This document shows, in pieces, positions 57,976-64,000 of a stretch of DNA of 64,000 nt. The notes beneath the pieces were generated by a model. That model saw only the letters and a program-made list of their open reading frames with translations. It was not told the origin of the DNA and did not search any database. Made by a program: the position numbers and the translations under genes. The stretch covers positions 32,001 to 96,000 of the forward strand of contig CALSPG010000008.1 in assembly GCA_943788175.1 (NCBI GenBank), in the 5' to 3' direction. The stretch is from an uncultured bacterium (GTDB lineage: Bacteria; Fidelibacterota; Marinisomatia; Marinisomatales; UBA1611). How positions within the stretch are numbered: the first letter of the stretch is position 1; each line of letters opens with the position of its first letter.

Positions 57976-58749
57976 TTAGTTCTTATCGTATTTAGAAATA
58001 CTACTTTTTGATTTGTTTATTACCCAGTCATAAAAAAACTGTGGCAAAATATTAAAAGCTTTCACAAATAATTTCATTTGCCATGGATATATATATGTTT
58101 TCTTACCAACTTCAATTGCTTTTATAAATGCTTTTGAAGCTGTATTAGTATCCCTTAGGAATGGTTTAAATAAGATTTTTTCTGTCATTGGAGTATCTAT
58201 AAATCCAGGACAAATTGAGATTGCTTTAATTCCATTTTCAACAAGTATTGGTCTCCAAGAATCAAATAACCTTCTTACAGCTACCTTCGAAGCTGAATAT
58301 CCTCCTTTATGTGGAATTGGTATAAAGCTAGCTACTGAACTTACAACGACAATGCTGCCACTTTTTTGTTCTTTCATCCTAGGTAGAAATGGTAATATAG
58401 TGTTCGTTACTCCAAGAATATTAGTCTCTAAAACTCTATTTATTTTCTCACTAGAACCTGAAAAGATTTCATCGCTGCTTCCGACGCCAGAATTAGCAAT
58501 TAATATATCGATACCTCCAGCTACTTCAATAAAACTTTTTGCCGATTGTTCACATTCAGATTTTTTTCTTACGTCAGTTTTATAAATGAATATTTTACAC
58601 TTTAATGATTTGCATTCTTCTTTTATTATTTTTAATAAATCGATTCTTCTTGAAGCTAGGCCAAGTACTACCTCTTCATTTGCATAATTAATTGCTAGAG
58701 CTTTTCCAATCCCTGTACTTGCGCCCATTATAAATATTTTTTTTTGCAT
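57976..58749 (-). CDS. Short-chain dehydrogenase/reductase
   Basis: GASTGIG, ANSG, SS, YSASK, PGFIDT. Confidence 0.92.
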   Translation of the reverse strand: MQKKIFIMGASTGIGKALAINYANEEVVLGLASRRIDLLKIIKEECKSLKCKIFIYKTDVRKKSECEQSAKSFIEVAGGIDILIANSGVGSSDEIFSGSSEKINRVLETNILGVTNTILPFLPRMKEQKSGSIVVVSSVASFIPIPHKGGYSASKVAVRRLFDSWRPILVENGIKAISICPGFIDTPMTEKILFKPFLRDTNTASKAFIKAIEVGKKTYIYPWQMKLFVKAFNILPQFFYDWVINKSKSSISKYDKN

Positions 58750-58751
58750 AA

Positions 58752-59690
58752 TTAAAAATAAAATTCCATTCCAAATCTTGCGGTGTTATAGCCATTTTTG
58801 ATAATGCTTCGAGAAGCAGCAGAGTTTTTAGAAAGTGCAGGATTTGTATGATTTAAATGAATGAAGAATATTTTTTTTTGATCACGTTTTAAAAGTCCAC
58901 TAAAATAATTCATACTCTCGATAATCAGAGGGTGGGGAATTTCACTCATATTGCGATTCGGGACTTCGTCATCATAGTAAAATGTTCCATCTAACAAAGC
59001 ATAAGTGTTAGACTCAATCCAGAATAAAATATCATGTTCCCATTTATTCCATTTATCTATATCAGGTATATAGAGCATAGATTCATTTGGTCCTATTATA
59101 TTAAAACCAACTGTTTCAGAATACTCATCTCTGTGCGGAACTAAAAATGGTTCTAAAATTAAATCTCTAGATAATTGAATTTCTTTTTTATCATTCATTG
59201 GTAATAGTACAATATTTTTCAGATTTATGAGTTGATTCCAAGGGCCATTTTTCTCAAGATATTTTTTCATTTTAGGCATTGTATAAACTACTATATTTTT
59301 TGCTCCCATAACTTCTTTACCCAGTTGCATTAATCCGGCATAATGTCCGATATGAGCATGCGTTAAAAATATACCTGCAAGTCTGACTCCATGTTTTTTA
59401 GTAACTATGTGGAATTGTTTTGCAAAATCTGGTGTAGCATCTATCATCCAGCCCAAGCCTAATCTAGGGTCTATAATAGCAATACTAGATACCATCTTTC
59501 TCAAACTGTCTGATGACCATGCATTTTTACAGCATTGTCTTTCGCAGCCAGCATGAGGATATCCACCATCTTGAGTTGTTCCTAAAACGACAGCATATGG
59601 ACGGTTCGTTAAATATTGGTGATTGTCTTGAGATTGTAGTTTAATTGAAACAACAAAAAGAAAAATAATTAAAACAAATTTCTTTATCAC
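58752..59690 (-). CDS. PqqB-like MBL-fold metallo-hydrolase, exported
   Basis: LGTTQDGGYPHAGC...CC, THAHIGHY, VPHRDE, DGTF, HLNHTNP; GTG 59690 overlaps upstream TGA. Confidence 0.85.
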   Translation of the reverse strand: MIKKFVLIIFLFVVSIKLQSQDNHQYLTNRPYAVVLGTTQDGGYPHAGCERQCCKNAWSSDSLRKMVSSIAIIDPRLGLGWMIDATPDFAKQFHIVTKKHGVRLAGIFLTHAHIGHYAGLMQLGKEVMGAKNIVVYTMPKMKKYLEKNGPWNQLINLKNIVLLPMNDKKEIQLSRDLILEPFLVPHRDEYSETVGFNIIGPNESMLYIPDIDKWNKWEHDILFWIESNTYALLDGTFYYDDEVPNRNMSEIPHPLIIESMNYFSGLLKRDQKKIFFIHLNHTNPALSKNSAASRSIIKNGYNTARFGMEFYF

Positions 59691-60799
59691 AGGTTTATAA
59701 ATATTTTCTTTTTGTATAGCCATAATAATATCAACCAGAATCCTAATAGGTGAGCAAGGGCGAATAGTAATGACCCAAACATGTCTCCTGCAATTGGAAC
59801 GAATAAAGTTTTATATAAATAGCCGTATCCTGAAATTGGCTCTCCTTCCAAAGTAAACTTTATTTTTAAAATTATTTTCGTCCAAAATCCAGATAGGACA
59901 AATAAAAAAATAGAGTTTGTGCCAAAAATCTGAAAAACCCAGAGTGGTTTTTTCCATTTTTTAATATCAATCACGTAGCAGAGTAAGGATAAAGATAAGG
60001 TAGCAATGCCCCCTGTCAGAAGCACATATGAGCTTGTCCATAATTGTTTATTTATAGGGAAAATCAGTCCCCATATTAATCCGAAAACTATTGAAATGAT
60101 TCCAAATGTGGACATCCTTTTAACATTATCTAAAAAATCTTTTGTTGTGTGAAGCATTGATCCTACTAGATACCCCATTAAAACGGTTACAACTGACGGT
60201 ATAGTACTTAATAATCCTTCCGGATCGAATTGAATTCCAGTACCTCCATAAAGGTGGTTTGCCCCGAGGAGCATAATATCAATTTTACGGATAAAGTTGG
60301 TTTCAAGGCTATATGGTGCGCTCCCGCCACCTAGCCAAAGGATTCCCCAATAAGCTAAAAGTATGCCTACGCCAGAAATGAAAATCTTTTTCAAATCTAG
60401 ATGGATAACCATAATAGCTGCTATACCGTATGCTAGTGCAATTCTTTGAAGCACACCCATTATTCTATAATTGCCCCAGTCCCAGTCTTGTTGAATAAAA
60501 GGAAAGGCATGAATGAAGCTTCCAGCTATAAAGATAGATAATGTCCTTATTAATACATGCTTATAAAATTCATTTGAAGCAAAAGAGTGCCATCTAACAA
60601 ATGCAAACCTCATTGAAGTACCAACAATAAATAAGAAAAATGGGAAAATTAAATCAGTGGGAGTGCAACCGTGCCATTTAGCATGGCGCAATGGTGCATA
60701 TACATAAGACCAGCTTCCTGGGTTATTAACAATTATCATCATTGCAATAGTAATCCCTCGGAAAATATCGATAGAGAGAATTCTTCTTGGCTTAGACAT
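59687..60799 (-). CDS. HGSNAT/NagX-like membrane acyltransferase family protein
   Basis: SIDIFRG, H..WHG.T..DL.FPFFLF, GVLQRI, FDPEG.L, PINK.LWTSSY. Confidence 0.9.
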   Translation of the reverse strand: MSKPRRILSIDIFRGITIAMMIIVNNPGSWSYVYAPLRHAKWHGCTPTDLIFPFFLFIVGTSMRFAFVRWHSFASNEFYKHVLIRTLSIFIAGSFIHAFPFIQQDWDWGNYRIMGVLQRIALAYGIAAIMVIHLDLKKIFISGVGILLAYWGILWLGGGSAPYSLETNFIRKIDIMLLGANHLYGGTGIQFDPEGLLSTIPSVVTVLMGYLVGSMLHTTKDFLDNVKRMSTFGIISIVFGLIWGLIFPINKQLWTSSYVLLTGGIATLSLSLLCYVIDIKKWKKPLWVFQIFGTNSIFLFVLSGFWTKIILKIKFTLEGEPISGYGYLYKTLFVPIAGDMFGSLLFALAHLLGFWLILLWLYKKKIFINL

Positions 60800-60805
60800 A
60801 ATAAT

Positions 60806-62638
60806 TCAAGTTAGCTTTGAGATACTTTTATTCCAAATGAGATATGACCCAAGACCAGCGCACCCAAAAAGAATAACAGAAGCTCCATAGTTTTGAAAAA
60901 TCAGGTTCCCAATACCAAATGTGAAACCATATATCATTAGTACTCCTGATACCCATAAAATAAAAATGCCCTTGGTAACAGGCTGTAATGTGTGTTTAAA
61001 ATTAGATGTTATTGGTCCCCACCATCCTCCAGGTTGTACTCTTTTATAAAATTCTTCGAGTTTTTCTATCGGTTCTGGTTTGCTAAGGAAAGTAACTGAA
61101 ACCCAAGCTATTATTGCTATCGGTACTATAATCATTAACTTATGATGAATTTGTAATTGAATACCAAAGATTACTGGCGAGGCGCCAAACAAAGAATATT
61201 GCAAATCATTATTAATAGTTTGAAAATATGCTATCAATTCCAAAGTGATTGTTATAATAATGGAAGTGGCCAATGCAGTTATTTCGCTCCAAGCGTTTAT
61301 TCGCCACCAAAACCAACGAAGTATTAACACTAAGCCTATTCCTGCTCCCATTGAAAAAATGAACTCCCAAGCTTTAGAAATACTTTGCATTTTAAGAGCG
61401 GTAAAAGCAGCAAGGACCATTAAAACAATTGTCATTATTTTGCCTGCAAACACATAATGCCTTTCGGATTCATCTGGTTTAAAAAACCTTCTGTATATAT
61501 CGTTAATTAAGTATGAAACTCCCCAGTTTAAATGTGTATCGATAGTAGACATAAATGCTGCTAGAAAAGAAACGATGAGAATCCCTTTTAAGCCGGGACC
61601 AAGTAGCGTATTCATAACAAGTGGGTATCCCGCTTTGACTCCTAATTCAGAATATTCAGAGGGTATAATTGGGAACATGACTATAGAAACAACCGCTACA
61701 ATAATCCACGGCCATACACGTAGAGCATAGTGTGCTAAATTAAACCAAAGCGTAGCAAGGAGTGCGTGCCTTTCATTCTTTGCTGATGACATCCTCTGAA
61801 TAATATATCCGCCTCCGTCAGTACCATGATGAGACCACCACATTATTGTTGTAAAAATTAAAAATTTTGAAAAAGGAGATTCCCAAAATGTCTGAGTTCC
61901 CAATCCTTCATCGGGTATGGGAGGTATGAATTTCAAAGTATTTTCTGTTACAACATCTGTTCCCAAAAGTTGGTTAAGTTTTTGCAGCAATGTTTCCATC
62001 CCACCTACATAATTTAAAGCAATTATTGCGAGAGCTATTGATCCGAACATTGCTATTAAAAATTGAACTAAATCTGTTACGACAACCCCCCAAAATCCTG
62101 ATAAAATAGCATATACTAAGGCTATGATAACGCATAGCCAAACAGCAGTCCATTTATCCATATTTAGCATTACCGAAACAACGGAAGCCATCGCGTTAAT
62201 CACCCAGCCCATAACGATAAAGTTATAAAGAACAGCAAAGTATCCTGCTTTGAAAGCGCGTAGGAATGCAGCTGGTTTTCCGCTATAACGAATTTCTAGC
62301 AACTCATTATCTGTTAGGACTTCTGCTCTTCGCCAAAGTCTAGAAAACAGAAAAACGCCGAGGAGAGAACCCATTAGTAGGTTCCACCAGAACCAGTTTT
62401 GCCATATCCCGGGTCCTCTTACAAACTCAGTAATAGCAAGTGGTGTATCAGCAGCAAATGTAGTGGCAACCATAGATGTTCCAACAATCCACCAAGGAAG
62501 TGATCTTCCAGATAAAAAATACTCCTCAGTGCTTGAAGCTGCTCTTTTTGAAAAATAAATTCCTACACCAAGTGAAAAAATTATATAAGAAATAATGATA
62601 GCCCAATCAACCCAATGTAATGTTATCGATTCACTCAT
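60806..62638 (-). CDS. Sodium:solute symporter family protein
   Basis: YFLSGRSLPWW..G.SMVATTFAADTP, QRM.SAKNE, AAFMST. Confidence 0.92.
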   Translation of the reverse strand: MSESITLHWVDWAIIISYIIFSLGVGIYFSKRAASSTEEYFLSGRSLPWWIVGTSMVATTFAADTPLAITEFVRGPGIWQNWFWWNLLMGSLLGVFLFSRLWRRAEVLTDNELLEIRYSGKPAAFLRAFKAGYFAVLYNFIVMGWVINAMASVVSVMLNMDKWTAVWLCVIIALVYAILSGFWGVVVTDLVQFLIAMFGSIALAIIALNYVGGMETLLQKLNQLLGTDVVTENTLKFIPPIPDEGLGTQTFWESPFSKFLIFTTIMWWSHHGTDGGGYIIQRMSSAKNERHALLATLWFNLAHYALRVWPWIIVAVVSIVMFPIIPSEYSELGVKAGYPLVMNTLLGPGLKGILIVSFLAAFMSTIDTHLNWGVSYLINDIYRRFFKPDESERHYVFAGKIMTIVLMVLAAFTALKMQSISKAWEFIFSMGAGIGLVLILRWFWWRINAWSEITALATSIIITITLELIAYFQTINNDLQYSLFGASPVIFGIQLQIHHKLMIIVPIAIIAWVSVTFLSKPEPIEKLEEFYKRVQPGGWWGPITSNFKHTLQPVTKGIFILWVSGVLMIYGFTFGIGNLIFQNYGASVILFGCAGLGSYLIWNKSISKLT

Positions 62639-63914
62639 AAATATCCTTTATCTGAGTTTGTTTATAGTAGTGATAAAGAATCTCATTAGTATTTCTACCT
62701 GCTAATGACATTCCTAGTGCTCCAATTTGACATAATCCAACTCCATGACCCCAGCCGGCACCTTTTAAAGTGAAATATTTGCTGCTATTAGTGTTTGAAT
62801 TTGTTTCAATTGTAAATGCTGAGCTATATAAAAATTTAGGATGCAAAATTCTTCTTATTTCATATTCTGACTCTATAGATAATTTATAATCATTTTTATC
62901 TTTAAGAGTACCTATGATATCTAAATGTAATATCCTGCCAGAGGCACCTCTTTTTAATGGTAATATTTGTTTTATGTCTGTAAATAGTTCCCCGGTTTTA
63001 ACAAAAATAATTTGGATCATTTCATCCATATTATAAGAAACTTTCCATCTGTAATATTTGCCTTCCTTATCGACATTCCCCAAGTATTCACCAAGCTTAT
63101 TTTCATCAATAAATTGAGGGCCACAATAAGATGAATGCTCTAGTCTCATCCAATTTTTAAATGACTCCTCGTTTGAAATATTTTTTTTCATTTGTGAACT
63201 ATCATCAACAAGAGATTCTAAATATGGTTTTTGATCCATAGTCCAAACATTTGCACTACTTTCTGTTATTCCACCACAACTTTTTGAATAACGCGCATCA
63301 CATATTGTATCGCTATGCATTATAGCTTTTCCTCTAGTATTGACAGTTGCCTTTATTGAAGATTTTGTTAAATTTGATATGCCCTGGTACCTTTGGCAAC
63401 AGTCGTCATTGCAGGCATCCAACCCAAGGCGTTCATGTTTTTTTTCTGCTGCCGCAAGAATCCAAGATCGAGCAACAATAGTTTGAGCTTCTAAAAGCGA
63501 TGTGGGACAATTACTACCCATTTCTGATGTGGCTACACACATTAAGTAATCTTCAAGGTGTATTCTATTTATTACAAAAAGAGAATGCCCAATAAGTTTT
63601 ATGACTATGTCACCAAGTACTTTTATTTTTATTCGCTTTTGCCAATGAAATCCTCTTCCGGCGATTACAGAATCAACTACTATATGGTCCGTAATTACCC
63701 TCTGTCTATTTGTTAAAATAATGGACTCGCATTCTTTGCCTTCTAGATGCATGCGTTGATTTTTTGATTGAATAAGTAATTTTTTATTAAAATGAGTTTG
63801 ATTTAAATCATTTACTTTGAGATCAAAACTATCGCCATTTAAAACTAGTGAAATATCTTTTTGATTATCTTCTGGCATTACAAGGCCTATAGACATGATT
63901 GGTTCTTTATGCAT
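62631..63914 (-). CDS. SpoIID/LytB domain protein (lytic transglycosylase-like)
   Basis: LEDYL..V..SEM, AQ.IVARS, DCCQRYQG, GRGFHW, GWGHGVGLCQ.GA; ATG 63914 overlaps upstream stop. Confidence 0.88.
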   Translation of the reverse strand: MHKEPIMSIGLVMPEDNQKDISLVLNGDSFDLKVNDLNQTHFNKKLLIQSKNQRMHLEGKECESIILTNRQRVITDHIVVDSVIAGRGFHWQKRIKIKVLGDIVIKLIGHSLFVINRIHLEDYLMCVATSEMGSNCPTSLLEAQTIVARSWILAAAEKKHERLGLDACNDDCCQRYQGISNLTKSSIKATVNTRGKAIMHSDTICDARYSKSCGGITESSANVWTMDQKPYLESLVDDSSQMKKNISNEESFKNWMRLEHSSYCGPQFIDENKLGEYLGNVDKEGKYYRWKVSYNMDEMIQIIFVKTGELFTDIKQILPLKRGASGRILHLDIIGTLKDKNDYKLSIESEYEIRRILHPKFLYSSAFTIETNSNTNSSKYFTLKGAGWGHGVGLCQIGALGMSLAGRNTNEILYHYYKQTQIKDIYE

Positions 63915-64000
63915 AATTATCTTCATTAATGGCCAGATAAACAGCTCCCATAGCTGCGGTATTCCTATTTGAAGATAATTCAATAGGGATGTCCTTAAAA
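63907..64000 (-). CDS. 3' end of a gene, possibly a sugar kinase (BadF/ROK-like)
   Basis: FKDIPIELSSNRNTAAMGAVYLAINEDNYA*; GA..LA terminal helix pattern. Confidence 0.45.
   Translation of the reverse strand, partial: FKDIPIELSSNRNTAAMGAVYLAINEDNYA

Noticed and set aside
109-61457. Short antisense or overlapping ORFs in the track (e.g. 481..780, 6145..6587, 17907..18206, 32073..32546, 47828..48175, 58352..58585)
   Set aside because: Shadows of well-supported genes on the opposite strand or frame, with no motifs
1-64000. Genome-wide reassignment of TGA to Trp or Gly as explanation for the in-frame TGAs
   Set aside because: Long conserved genes are uninterrupted and use TGG for Trp, and several genes end at TGA with ATGA/GTGA overlaps (31645, 42746, 43702, 59687)
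1-64000. CRISPR array, tRNA (including tRNA-Sec), rRNA, transposase, prophage
   Set aside because: No regularly spaced repeats, cloverleaf signatures or hallmark genes seen by eye; the Sec machinery is not in this window

Overview
AT-rich, gene-dense bacterial chromosome segment. Five proteins end in the 'QNxPNPFN...GxYxY.....KM.L.K' secretion/FlgD-like C-terminal domain, which together with the gene content suggests a marine FCB-superphylum bacterium, plausibly Marinimicrobia/SAR406-like (inference). It carries housekeeping genes (ogt, rarA, RNase R/II, nei, yidD, cysS, ppk2, ltaE, pcm), a photolyase-centred cluster of light-associated small genes, an amino-acid catabolic triplet, a cohesin/dockerin-like surface operon and an amino-sugar/peptidoglycan recycling operon. 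I saw no rRNA, tRNA, CRISPR array or transposase. The main result is two probable exported selenoproteins that the ORF track truncates. The first (16125..16898, +) has a signal peptide, a thioredoxin-like U-G-T-C motif and the secretion C-terminal domain. The second (23081..24092, -) has a signal peptide followed directly by Q-U-A-L-U-G (a UxxU double-selenocysteine motif) on a predicted outer-membrane barrel. Both have a SECIS-like hairpin with the same CCAGGT core just 3' of the UGA. Also found: unannotated small ORFs (a CC-x9-CxxC peptide behind a Fur-like box, a poly-Arg peptide), a candidate structured RNA, a perfect Fur-type box, a shared ECF-type promoter, a TetR-like operator, and three single-base frameshifts in homopolymers that probably reflect sequencing error.
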